A DNA stretch of 64,000 nt from an uncultured bacterium (GCA_902760905.1 CACWIL010000001.1:2186-66185), one strand, 5' to 3'; shown: positions 41,128 to 50,427, counted from the stretch's first letter. Notes: generated from the sequence alone by a model not told the origin. Program-made: numbers and translations.

Positions 41128-42207
41128 ATGAAAATATTAGTCGGAATGTCAGGCGGAGTGGATTCTTCTGTTACTGCTCTTTTACTTAAACAACAAGGGC
41201 ATGAAGTTATTGGTGCCACAATGGCGATTTGGGGTGACAGAGGAGTAAAATCCCAATTAAGCGATAAACTTCCCAAAACACACGGAGCATGCTTTGGACC
41301 GGATGAAAAAGAAGATATCGAAGGTGCAAGAAAAATAGCGGAAGAAATAGGCATTCCGTTTTATGTGTTTGATTGTGCCGAGCAGTATGAAAAAATAGTT
41401 CTTGATAATTTTAAAAAAGAATATTTGAGCGGTCATACACCAAACCCTTGTATCTGGTGTAACTCGCTTATCAAATTTGGGGTTTTGCCTGAGCTTGCCC
41501 GGGCAAACGGCATTGATTTTGACAAATTTGCTACAGGACATTATGCCCGTATAGAGCAGGCAGATGGCAGATATATTATAAAAAGAGGTGCAAATCCAAA
41601 GAAAGATCAGTCGTATTTCTTGTACAGACTAAAGCAGGAACAATTAGCTAATATTTATTTGCCTCTTGGTGATAAATCCAAGGAAGAAATAAGGGAAATC
41701 GCAACGGCTAACGGTCTTTCCGTTGCAGAAAAACCTGACAGCCAGGATTTTTATTATGGTGACTATAATGAGCTTCTGGGAGTTGAAGAAAAAGAAGGAA
41801 ATATTGTTAACCTTGAAGGAAAAGTTCTCGGAAAACATAAAGGTATATGGAATTATACAATAGGACAGAGAAAAGGGGTTGGTGTTTCGTCCACTGAACC
41901 GTTGTATGTTTTAGAACTTCGTAAAGATACAAACGAAGTTGTTATAGGTCCTAAAGATAAAACAATGAAAGATACTCTTAAAGCATCTGATTTAAACTGG
42001 ATAATTGAGCCAACGGAAAACACATTTACAGCACAGGCAAAAATACGCTCTACTCAACAGCCGACGGGAGTCAGTGTTATTGTAGAAGAAAATGGTATTA
42101 CAGTAAAATTTGACGATATGCAAAAATCAATTGCCATAGGTCAGTCAGTTGTACTGTATGACGGGGATTTAGTACTGGGTGGCGGAATAATCACTGAAGT
42201 CTTATAA
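41128..42207 (+). CDS. mnmA: tRNA 2-thiouridylase MnmA
   Basis: GMSGGVDSSV, TPNPCIWCN, ATGHYAR, KDQSYFL, YTIGQRKG, GQSVVLY. Confidence 0.97.
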   Translation: MKILVGMSGGVDSSVTALLLKQQGHEVIGATMAIWGDRGVKSQLSDKLPKTHGACFGPDEKEDIEGARKIAEEIGIPFYVFDCAEQYEKIVLDNFKKEYLSGHTPNPCIWCNSLIKFGVLPELARANGIDFDKFATGHYARIEQADGRYIIKRGANPKKDQSYFLYRLKQEQLANIYLPLGDKSKEEIREIATANGLSVAEKPDSQDFYYGDYNELLGVEEKEGNIVNLEGKVLGKHKGIWNYTIGQRKGVGVSSTEPLYVLELRKDTNEVVIGPKDKTMKDTLKASDLNWIIEPTENTFTAQAKIRSTQQPTGVSVIVEENGITVKFDDMQKSIAIGQSVVLYDGDLVLGGGIITEVL

Positions 42208-42287
42208 AGCTTTCAGGATTATATAGAGTGTAAGTTAAGGTGATTATATAGTATTTTTACCGTAGAACAAGATAAAATTATACGCAC

Positions 42288-42630
42288 CGTCATTCTGAGC
42301 AGAAGGGTTGGTGGATTTACGCCGGGGTTAACGGAGTCCGAAGAATCTCTTGAAAAGTTATTGAGATACTTCACATAAGATTTACCCCCGCTCAGTATGA
42401 CGAAGGCAAAGTTATAGAGATACTTCGGACTTTGTAATGTTTAAATTTATATTACAAAACAATGTCCTCAGTATGACGGGTGGATTGTGTCATTCTGAGG
42501 AAATTGTTTCTGGATTTGTATTGTGTCTGTACGGAGTCCGAAGAATCTCTGAAAAGTTATTGAGATACTTCGCTTACGCTCAGTATGACAAAATCTATGT
42601 TATTGGGATATTTCACAGAAGATTTACCCC
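42288..42630. repeat. Array A of GTCAT-type palindromic units (5 full, 1 truncated)
   Basis: Units GTCATWCTGAG-insert-(C)GAAGWATCTC in both orientations; inserts shared with array B. Confidence 0.92.
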
Positions 42631-42631
42631 T

Positions 42632-42883
42632 TTACCCTTCGGGAAGCATGGAAGATATTTCGGCTACAATTCTCGAGATATCCGCTCCGCCAAAAATAAC
42701 TTCTAAAATAAGAGAAGCATTGATAATCGTTGTTTCACGAAATTCCATGGTATCAATATCGATTATGTTAAATTCTACATAATCATCTCCCACGAATGTA
42801 ATTTTGCCGTATTCAGCACCGGTTGCCCATCTCAAAAATACATATTTGTGTTCAAAAACTTTAAGTCTGTTTAAAAGTCTCAT
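42632..42883 (-). CDS. Small hypothetical protein (83 aa)
   Basis: MRLLNRLKVFEHKYVFLRWATGAEYGKITFVGDDYVEF...; GAAGG before ATG 42883. Confidence 0.7.
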   Translation of the reverse strand: MRLLNRLKVFEHKYVFLRWATGAEYGKITFVGDDYVEFNIIDIDTMEFRETTIINASLILEVIFGGADISRIVAEISSMLPEG

Positions 42884-43022
42884 ATTAATACCTTCTGTCT
42901 GTTGTGATAAATGTCTTTTGGATATACTCTCTTTTCTGTTTTGTGAACTTAAAAACACAAAATCACCACGCATATTTTAACACATAATTGATAAGATAAC
43001 AACTTTTGATTAAAATAAGATT

Positions 43023-43928
43023 ATGGAAAAAGTTGTTTTAATAGGATTAGGAGCGCTTGGGCTTACGTATGCGGTAAAGCTTAAAGACAAATGTGATTTG
43101 TATATCCTCGGAGATAAAACGCATATTGAAAAATATATTACGCAAAAACCTCTTTTTAACGGTGTTGAACAGGATTTTAATTATATTTTACCTTCTGATA
43201 AGTTTGATGCAGACTTAATCATAATTGCGACTAAATCTAACGGACTAAATTCTGCAATTGAATGTATCCGTAATTTTGTAACAGATAAAACAAAGATTAT
43301 TTCGCTTATTAACGGAATTTCATCAGAGGCAAAGATATCTGAAACTTATCCTGACTCAAAAGTTTTGAAGTCATATTTTATCGGACATAGTGCTGAAAGA
43401 ACCGGTAATTCTGTTACTCAGGACGGTATCGGAGATATTGTAATCGAACGTGATAAAGAATTGGAAGATTTCTTTACCCGGACAGGCATAGATTTTCAGG
43501 CTCCTGATGATATTGAATATTCAATGTGGCTGAAATTTACTTTAAATATGTTTTCCAATCCGGCTTCTGCAATTTTAAACATGAAATTTGGTGAGATGAG
43601 AAGAAATAAACATTTTGTCAACTTTGCAAAGCATGTTATAGAAGAAGTAAAACAAATTGCAATACATAGAGGGATTCAGGGTATAGATAATCTGGAAAAA
43701 GATGCCCTTGATTCTTTTGCAAAGATGTCAGGCGAAGGAAAGACTTCCATGTTTCAGGATATTTTGGCAAAGCGGCCGACTGAAATTGATATATTTTGCG
43801 GAGAAATTATTAAATCAGGTAAAAAATATGGCGTGCAAACACCATATAATCAGGTTTTATACGACTTAATAAAGATTAAGGAGGAGGATAATGAATATAG
43901 CCTTCATTCCTGTCAGAGCGGGAAGTAA
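43023..43928 (+). CDS. panE: Ketopantoate reductase family protein
   Basis: IGLGALG, IIATK, SLINGI, WLKFxxN, TSMFQD..AKRPTEID. Confidence 0.88.
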   Translation: MEKVVLIGLGALGLTYAVKLKDKCDLYILGDKTHIEKYITQKPLFNGVEQDFNYILPSDKFDADLIIIATKSNGLNSAIECIRNFVTDKTKIISLINGISSEAKISETYPDSKVLKSYFIGHSAERTGNSVTQDGIGDIVIERDKELEDFFTRTGIDFQAPDDIEYSMWLKFTLNMFSNPASAILNMKFGEMRRNKHFVNFAKHVIEEVKQIAIHRGIQGIDNLEKDALDSFAKMSGEGKTSMFQDILAKRPTEIDIFCGEIIKSGKKYGVQTPYNQVLYDLIKIKEEDNEYSLHSCQSGK

Positions 43929-44604
43929 ATCAATTCCTTTAAAAAATATAAAACTTCTGAACGGCAAACCGCTTGTTTATTGGACTGCTTTAGCTGCACA
44001 AAATGCAAATTGTATAGACAGACTTGTGATTGCAACTGATTCCGAAGTTATAAAAACAACGGTTTTGGGGTTTGGATTTGAGAAACTCTGTGTTTATGAC
44101 AGAAATCCTGAAAACGCTGTTGATACGGCTTCAACGGAAAGTGTTATGCTTGAATATATAGAACAGTCCGATTTAAAAGATGACGATTTATTTTTTCTGA
44201 TTCAGGCAACCTCACCTTTATTAAAATCAGAACATATTGACCGTATGTATAAAGAATTTTCTGAAAACGACGCTGATTCAATGTTTTCAGGAGTTAGAGA
44301 AAAACAATTTAAATGGATAGAGAGGAAAACCCCTCACCCCAACCCTCTCCCGATGGGCGAGGGAGATGACGTGAGTCTTGAACCGGTAAATTATGACTAC
44401 CGCAATCGCCCGCGCAGACAGGAATTTAAAGGTTTGATTGCAGAAAACGGGGCATGCTATATTAACTCTGTAAACAACATAAAGCGTGACAAGTGCAGAC
44501 TGTCAGGTAAAATATCGGCATGCGAACTTCCTTCGTATACACTTTACGAACTTGATGAACCTTCTGACTGGATTATTGTTGAAGAAATAATGAAAAACAC
44601 TTAG
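43891..44604 (+). CDS. neuA: Acylneuraminate cytidylyltransferase family protein
   Basis: IPVRAGSKSIPLKNIK..NGKPL, QATSPL, ENGACY, ELDEPSDW. Confidence 0.88.
   Translation: MNIAFIPVRAGSKSIPLKNIKLLNGKPLVYWTALAAQNANCIDRLVIATDSEVIKTTVLGFGFEKLCVYDRNPENAVDTASTESVMLEYIEQSDLKDDDLFFLIQATSPLLKSEHIDRMYKEFSENDADSMFSGVREKQFKWIERKTPHPNPLPMGEGDDVSLEPVNYDYRNRPRRQEFKGLIAENGACYINSVNNIKRDKCRLSGKISACELPSYTLYELDEPSDWIIVEEIMKNT
44330..44365 (+). repeat. C/G-rich palindromic repeat in frame within neuA
   Basis: CCCCTCACCCCAACCCTCTCCCGATGGGCGAGGGAG, translated PHPNPLPMGEG. Confidence 0.85.
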
Positions 44605-44609
44605 CAGCT

Positions 44610-45116
44610 TTAAGCTACAATATCAACGCCATGCCCGACTCTCTGGTTTAAAAGTGATGCGGCGGCATGCGAGTTAAGAAATGCAAGCGCTCCCATAAAA
44701 CTTTTTTTATTTGAAAGTCCCTGTCGTGCCTCAATCATAGTATTTTGAACCTGTGCAGATGTTAATTGGTCTTTTATCATCATGTTTTGATTATTAACAC
44801 CCTGAGTAAGTTTTTTTAGAGGAAATCCGATTTCTTCGGTTTCTTTTTCAGTTGTTTCAGCTGATTCATTCAAAGGAGATGTTTTTATTTCTTCCTTTGC
44901 TGTATTATCAATTGGTTTAGCTTGTTGTTCTGTGGTGGTTAAAATTTGAGAGAAAGGATTTTTATTGCTGACAAATGATTCTCTTGCAATATTCATAATA
45001 TCAGACTGAAATTCTTCCGTCATTGTATTTGAGCGCTCTCTTGCACGCTTAAATATAAGCTCTTTGAGTGCCTCTGCTTCTTGTCTGTTAATAAAAGAAT
45101 TTAACTGATAGTCCAT
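44610..45116 (-). CDS. Hypothetical protein
   Basis: 168-aa ORF with GAGGA RBS; no family recognised. Confidence 0.7.
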   Translation of the reverse strand: MDYQLNSFINRQEAEALKELIFKRARERSNTMTEEFQSDIMNIARESFVSNKNPFSQILTTTEQQAKPIDNTAKEEIKTSPLNESAETTEKETEEIGFPLKKLTQGVNNQNMMIKDQLTSAQVQNTMIEARQGLSNKKSFMGALAFLNSHAAASLLNQRVGHGVDIVA

Positions 45117-45485
45117 GCTGTCCTCTTATAACTCTTATATTAATATAAAAACATGAATGTAAAGAAAATTGACAAAATAGTATATAATGTTTATATAATT
45201 GTTACATAACTTAACATAGTTATATAAAAGAGTTTCCTTGCTGCTTTTACAGTGATTTTGCATATTATAGCTTTTTAACTTGGCGTTGTAGTTTTAACAA
45301 ATTTAAATATATAATTACCGGTATTATTTGTGTTTTTTAATATTTTATTGTACAATGAAATTGCTATTTATATTTCGGCTAGTGTAAAATCTTAACAGGA
45401 AGGATTTAACCGACCTGTTTTCTTTTTGGGGGTAAATAGTGATAACGCAGAAAGGTAACTATAAACAATGTTACAGTAAAACATT

Positions 45486-45583
45486 GTCATTCTGAACCCA
45501 ACAACAATTTATGGGTGAAGAATCTCTAAAACTTATAATTTTGAGATTCTTCGGGATAGAAAGGTTATTTCCCTCAGAATGAC
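45486..45583. repeat. Inverted dimer of GTCAT-type units (locus C)
   Basis: GTCATTCTGAA...TGAAGAATCTC (45486-45526) and GAGATTCTTCG...CTCAGAATGAC (45543-45583). Confidence 0.9.
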
Positions 45584-45708
45584 GGGATTATAACAATATT
45601 ACCGTAAAATAGTGAATAATTCCCTTAAATAATACATTTAATGAAGGATAATAAAAAACACAAAATATCGTATCATATTGTTAATAAACAAAAGAAGGAG
45701 ATACTGAT

Positions 45709-46089
45709 ATGAAAAAAACAATTTTAACATTAAGTCTTTTATTTGCGTTTTCGGGACTGGCATATGCTGATGGCAATGCATTTACACCGTTAAACTTTAA
45801 CGATACATCATACGGCACAACAACTCAAAACGGTGCTGTAAATGTTATTTCAGAAAATGAAGCAGTTGGAAACGGTAATATCCAGAATGCTGTTCAACAG
45901 TTGGAAAATGCGCAGAATGACATCAGAAATGAGTTATTAAATGTAAAAACAAAATATGCTGATGTGGATGCGCAATACAAACTTGTTAAATCAGAAAGAG
46001 CTGCATTAAAGAAACAAGTACGCGCAGTAGAAAGACGTATTAAAGAACTGGAAAAAGCCAAAGAAAAAATCAAGAAGAACATGATTTAG
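45709..46089 (+). CDS. Secreted coiled-coil hypothetical protein
   Basis: Signal peptide MKKTILTLSLLFAFSGLAYA; heptad-rich C-terminus; AGGAG RBS. Confidence 0.8.
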   Translation: MKKTILTLSLLFAFSGLAYADGNAFTPLNFNDTSYGTTTQNGAVNVISENEAVGNGNIQNAVQQLENAQNDIRNELLNVKTKYADVDAQYKLVKSERAALKKQVRAVERRIKELEKAKEKIKKNMI

Positions 46090-46328
46090 CGGACAAAAAC
46101 GTATTATTTAAGCAGAGAAGTGGCTTTTAGCTGTTCTCTGCTTTAAAATATTAAAAATCTTTTTATTAAGATTTATGACAAAAGAGAAAAATTTATAGAA
46201 TTTATTTTACATAATAATACAAAAGTATAAGAAAATTCATATTATATTGACACTTTGCGATACGTTTGATAGAATTAGAATAGGTATGTTTAAGGCTAAC
46301 AGTGTATAAGAAGAGAAAGGAATACTTT

Positions 46329-46994
46329 ATGATGAAAAAGAACGGTTTCACCTTGGCTGAAGTTTTGATTACTTTGGCAATTATTGGTGTAGTTGCAACA
46401 TTAACCTTGCCGTCGTTGATGACAAATACAGCGGAACAACAAGCAATTACTTCGTTTAAGAAAATAATGAACACCCTTAATGAAGCGGGACAAATGAACT
46501 CAGCTCTCGAAGGTTTTGATTATTCTATCTCAGATAGAGGAACAGATATAGATGATCATATAGAGAATGGAGTTGAATCGTTGATTTCTTTGTTTAACGA
46601 AAGACTTCAGGTCAGTAGAGAGGCTTCGGGAGGATATGGTGATGGTGATCACTGTTCAGCAGACCCTGTTCTTGTGTTAAGAGACGGTACAGCTATTTGT
46701 TTGAGTGAAGCAGATGCGACTTTTAATGAAGAGGATGGTGAATACTGGACAATTTGGGTAGATACTAATGCTCAGAAGGGTCCAAACAAGGAATCAACAT
46801 GTGCTGAAGAAGGTTGTACAACAAAATCAAGCCGTAGTATTCATGACCAATTCCCTGTAACATTAAGCAAAGGTATTGCAGTTCCGGGACACTGGTCAGG
46901 ATACGAAACAGAAAATGATAACGATGAACCTTCCTTTGCAGCAAGATATGCAATGGGTATTGGCAAACGTGCTCAAGCTCAAGAAGGTGGTTAG
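46329..46994 (+). CDS. Type IV pilin / pseudopilin-like protein
   Basis: MMKKNG-FTLAEVLITLAIIGVVATLTLPSL prepilin cleavage/methylation motif; VDTNAQKGPN; four Cys. Confidence 0.9.
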   Translation: MMKKNGFTLAEVLITLAIIGVVATLTLPSLMTNTAEQQAITSFKKIMNTLNEAGQMNSALEGFDYSISDRGTDIDDHIENGVESLISLFNERLQVSREASGGYGDGDHCSADPVLVLRDGTAICLSEADATFNEEDGEYWTIWVDTNAQKGPNKESTCAEEGCTTKSSRSIHDQFPVTLSKGIAVPGHWSGYETENDNDEPSFAARYAMGIGKRAQAQEGG

Positions 46995-47054
46995 TGAGCG
47001 TATAGCGTAAGCTATTAACCGGACAAAAGTAAAAAGAAGGTTTATAAAAACTTT

Positions 47055-47090
47055 AAAAAACGGTTCCTGTGCAAACAGGAACCGTTTTTT
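47055..47090. terminator. Bidirectional terminator after the pilin gene
   Basis: AAAAAACGGTTCCTGT-GCAA-ACAGGAACCGTTTTTT. Confidence 0.9.
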
Positions 47091-47155
47091 AATTCGCTAT
47101 TTATAAGGTAATTATATAGAATGTTACTGTAAAATCTGTTAATCTGAATCCATCT

Positions 47156-47640
47156 GTCATACTGAGGACATTGTTTTGTAATATAAATTTAAACATTACA
47201 AAGTCCGAAGTATCCCAATAACATAGACTTTGTCATACTGAGCGGGGGTAAATCTTTTGTAATATAAATTTAAACATTACAAAGTCCGAAGTATCCCAAT
47301 AACATAGACTTTGTCATACTGAGCGGGGGTAAATCTTATGCGAAGTATCCCAATAATATATACTTCGTCATACTGAGCGTAAGCGAAGTATCTCAATAAC
47401 TTTATCGAGATTCTTCGGACTCTGTAGAGACACAATACAAATCCTAAAACAATTTCCTCAGAATGACACAATCCAACCGTCATACTGAGCGGGGGTAAAT
47501 CTTCTGCGAAGTATCTCAATAACTTTTCAGAGATTCTTCGGACTCCGTATAGACACAATACAAATCCAGAAACAATTTCCTCAGAATGACACAATCCAAC
47601 CGTCATACTGAGGTGATATCAATTTATGCCGAAGTATCTC
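47156..47640. repeat. Array B (left): eight GTCAT-type palindromic units
   Basis: Units start at 47156, 47232, 47313, 47367, 47407(-), 47479, 47530(-), 47602; the last abuts the nuclease stop codon. Confidence 0.95.
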
Positions 47641-47934
47641 CTATAAGATAGACTCATATAAGTCTTTCCATTCCGGATTAAAAGAATTAATCAAATCAAT
47701 TTTGAAAGCTCTTATTTTTCCTTTTAAGTATTTTTCACGTTTTATAGCAGTTTCTATTGTTGGTGCAACTTCATAATACACTAATTTATGCAAATTATAT
47801 TTTTTTGTAAATCCATCTGCCAATTTATTTTTATGTTCGTATATTCTTTTGCTTAAATTTGATGTTACACCTATATACAAAATTTTGTTGTAAGTATTGG
47901 TTAATATATATGTATATCCTTGTTTCTCTTGCAT
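47641..47934 (-). CDS. Small stand-alone GIY-YIG nuclease
   Basis: YTYIL...LYIGVTSNLSKRIYEHK...GFTKKY...LVYYE...AIKREKYLK...NPEWKDL; catalytic-type Tyr, Arg and Glu present. Confidence 0.93.
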   Translation of the reverse strand: MQEKQGYTYILTNTYNKILYIGVTSNLSKRIYEHKNKLADGFTKKYNLHKLVYYEVAPTIETAIKREKYLKGKIRAFKIDLINSFNPEWKDLYESIL

Positions 47935-47962
47935 TCTTTTATTATATCATATCAATCAGTAT

Positions 47963-48390
47963 GAGATACTTTGTCGTTCATTATGACTGTCCCGTCATTC
48001 TGAGGCGATATCAATTTATGCCGAAGAATCTCATGCAAATCAAGCATATTTTATATTTTTATATTTATCCCCGCTCAGAAAGACACAAATCCTGAAAGAG
48101 ATTCTTCACCCCCCAAACAGTTGTTGGGTTCAGAATGACGTAACTCTTTGTATAAGATACTTCGCCTTGAATGGATGAATGGTTCATTATGACTGTCCCG
48201 TCATTCTGAGGCGATATCAATTTATGCCGAAGAATCTCATGCAAATCAAGCATATTTTATATTTATCTCTGCTCAGAAAGACACAAATCCTGAAAGAGAT
48301 TCTTCACACCCAAACAGTTGTTGGGTTCAGAATGACGTAACTCTTTGTATAAGATACTTCGCCTTGAATGGATGTTCGGCTCAGTTTGGC
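47963..48390. repeat. Array B (right): GTCAT-type units including a ~200-bp tandem duplication
   Basis: 47976-48177 is repeated at 48182-48374 with small indels; intact and decayed units. Confidence 0.92.
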
Positions 48391-48423
48391 AAAAGACTGC
48401 ACTTTTGTTCAGTAAAATGAGTA

Positions 48424-49296
48424 TTACTCTACACTCTGATAATTTCCTATCTCATATCCCATTTCTTCAATTTTATTTTTTAGTTTTTCGCTCTGCGTTA
48501 TTCTGTATTCAGTAAAATGGTTATCAATAGTTCCGTCTTCGTACCTGCAAGGATGAATAAGCGCTTCTGCTGTAATATTTTTTTTGTTTTTCAGCTTATT
48601 AAGACCGCAGGCAACAGTCAGTCCGTTCATCATAGATGTATAACCGACTCCGATAAGATAATCGTTTGTGTGTAAACCGTATTTTTTAACTAGCGGTTTG
48701 TTTTTGATTGTAAAAGTATTCAGCAGAGCAATTTTTATCAGGTTTAGGGGATATGTTTTGTTTAGATAAATTATAATATCAGGCACAGTATAACAACTCT
48801 CATACTGTGTTCTTATTTGTTTTATATCATACTCTTTTGCAAGTTCGCATACAAGTTTAAATATCGGAGGAATTGCGTGTGTGTGCACGTGCGAGTCTAT
48901 GTGTGTAATTTTTATTCCTGCATCTCTTATTTTATCAATTTGTGCGCAGAACTCTGTTCGGAGTTGTTCCATAAAATCTTTGTTTTTAGGACTATATGCT
49001 TTTAAAATCAGTTTGCCGTATGAATTATTAAATGTACGGTTTGCATCAGTAAGTTCTGTGAGATTTTTTGTTAATGACTTTCCTTCTATAATATTAAGAT
49101 GAACACCAACACCAAGCTCAGGGCAAGCAGGTATAACTTTTTCAACCGCTTCGTCAAAAGCTTCTCCGTTAGCCACAAGGCTTGTACTTTTTAGCAGTCC
49201 TTTTTGCGCCCCTTCCATTATTGCTGTGTTATATGCATTGCTCATTCCAAAATCATCAGCATTAAGAATAAACTTTTTATTAAACTTCTCTTCCAA
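48424..49296 (-). CDS. ChbG/YdjC family carbohydrate deacetylase
   Basis: ILNADDFG, STSLVAN, VGVHLN, THIDSHVH, IHP. Confidence 0.92.
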   Translation of the reverse strand: MEEKFNKKFILNADDFGMSNAYNTAIMEGAQKGLLKSTSLVANGEAFDEAVEKVIPACPELGVGVHLNIIEGKSLTKNLTELTDANRTFNNSYGKLILKAYSPKNKDFMEQLRTEFCAQIDKIRDAGIKITHIDSHVHTHAIPPIFKLVCELAKEYDIKQIRTQYESCYTVPDIIIYLNKTYPLNLIKIALLNTFTIKNKPLVKKYGLHTNDYLIGVGYTSMMNGLTVACGLNKLKNKKNITAEALIHPCRYEDGTIDNHFTEYRITQSEKLKNKIEEMGYEIGNYQSVE

Positions 49297-49359
49297 AATC
49301 TATTACCCCTACTTTTATATTTACTCCTTTTATTGTATTATATTTTTGAGAGGAATACA

Positions 49360-50319
49360 ATGAGCGAAATATCAAAACTTGCAATTATTATTCCGTGTTT
49401 TAATGAAGAGCTGGTAGTTAAATCAACGGTAGAAACACTTTTGAGTGTACTGGACAATATTATTTCTAAAGGAAAAATCACACAAGACAGCTATATTTAT
49501 CTTGTAGATGACGGGTCAAAAGACCGTACGTGGAGTATTATAGAAGATTTACACAAAACTTATGGTGAAAGAGTAAAGGGAACAAAATTTATCCGTAATT
49601 ACGGTAATCAAAAAGCTCTTATTGCCGGTCTTGAAAGTGTCAGAGAAATAGGCTGCGACTGTGCCGTTTCAATTGATGCCGATTTACAGCAGGATGAAAA
49701 TGCAATCGAAACTTTTATTGACGAGTTTCACAAAGGTGCTGATATTGTTTCCGGTATAAGAAATGACAGAAAAACAGATTCTTTCTTTAAGAAATATACT
49801 GCACTTTGTTTTTATAAATTAATGAATATTTTGGGGGTAAAGATTCCGCCAAACCATTCGGATTTTCGTCTTGTAAGCAGGCATGCTCTTGATATTCTTG
49901 AAAAATATAAGGAAGAGGGTTTGTTTCTGCGTGGATTTTTCCATGAAATCGGACTCAAAACTTCTTATGTGCATTTTAATGTTAAACCGAGAGCTCTAGG
50001 TTCTTCTAAATTTAACTTTTTCTCATTAACAAGTCTTGCGCTTAACGGTATTACTGCATTTAGTATTGTTCCTCTGAGAATAATTGCCGCATGTGGTGTT
50101 ATTACTATGCTGGGTAGTTTTATCTTGGCATTAGAGGTTTTACTTGAAAAATATATCTTACATACTACTCCAAGCGGTTGGGCAACTCTTGTAATCTTAC
50201 TTGCATTCTTTGGCGGACTTCAGATTTTCTGTCTTGGTATCATTGGTGAATACCTTGGACAAATTTTTAACGAAGTTAAAGCAAGACCCAGATATATCAA
50301 GGGAATTGAGCTAAAATAG
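49360..50319 (+). CDS. GT2 glycosyltransferase (GtrB/bactoprenol glycosyltransferase-like)
   Basis: IIPCFNEE, VDDGSKDRTW, RNYGNQ, IDADLQ, DFRL, two C-terminal TMs, GEYLG...EVKARPRY. Confidence 0.93.
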   Translation: MSEISKLAIIIPCFNEELVVKSTVETLLSVLDNIISKGKITQDSYIYLVDDGSKDRTWSIIEDLHKTYGERVKGTKFIRNYGNQKALIAGLESVREIGCDCAVSIDADLQQDENAIETFIDEFHKGADIVSGIRNDRKTDSFFKKYTALCFYKLMNILGVKIPPNHSDFRLVSRHALDILEKYKEEGLFLRGFFHEIGLKTSYVHFNVKPRALGSSKFNFFSLTSLALNGITAFSIVPLRIIAACGVITMLGSFILALEVLLEKYILHTTPSGWATLVILLAFFGGLQIFCLGIIGEYLGQIFNEVKARPRYIKGIELK

Positions 50320-50322
50320 ACG

Positions 50323-50351
50323 TTGATTATTTGTAAATATATTGATATAAT
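50323..50351 (+). promoter_or_regulatory. Sigma70-type promoter of the putative toxin mRNA
   Basis: TTGATT-N17-TATAAT with extended TGn. Confidence 0.75.
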
Positions 50352-50427
50352 ATAACCTGTAAATTCAATTTTGAATACAGGCGAAAGGTTTTTGACTATT
50401 GTTTTCACTAACAGAAAGGAGGTGAAA

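Noticed and set aside
42437-42706. 89-aa ORF similar to ORFs 47277-47606 and 48065-48253
   Set aside because: These are translations of the DNA repeats, with no RBS or protein-like features
46329-46994. Diversity-generating retroelement targeting the pilin
   Set aside because: No reverse transcriptase and no template/variable repeat pair seen
47156-48390. CRISPR array
   Set aside because: Units occur in both orientations, inserts vary from 6 to ~45 nt and are reused, and no cas genes are in the window
47156-48390. TIGR-Tas or box C/D guide array (CTGA word, tandem GA pairs)
   Set aside because: No Nop-domain protein nearby, no box C motif and no fixed short period
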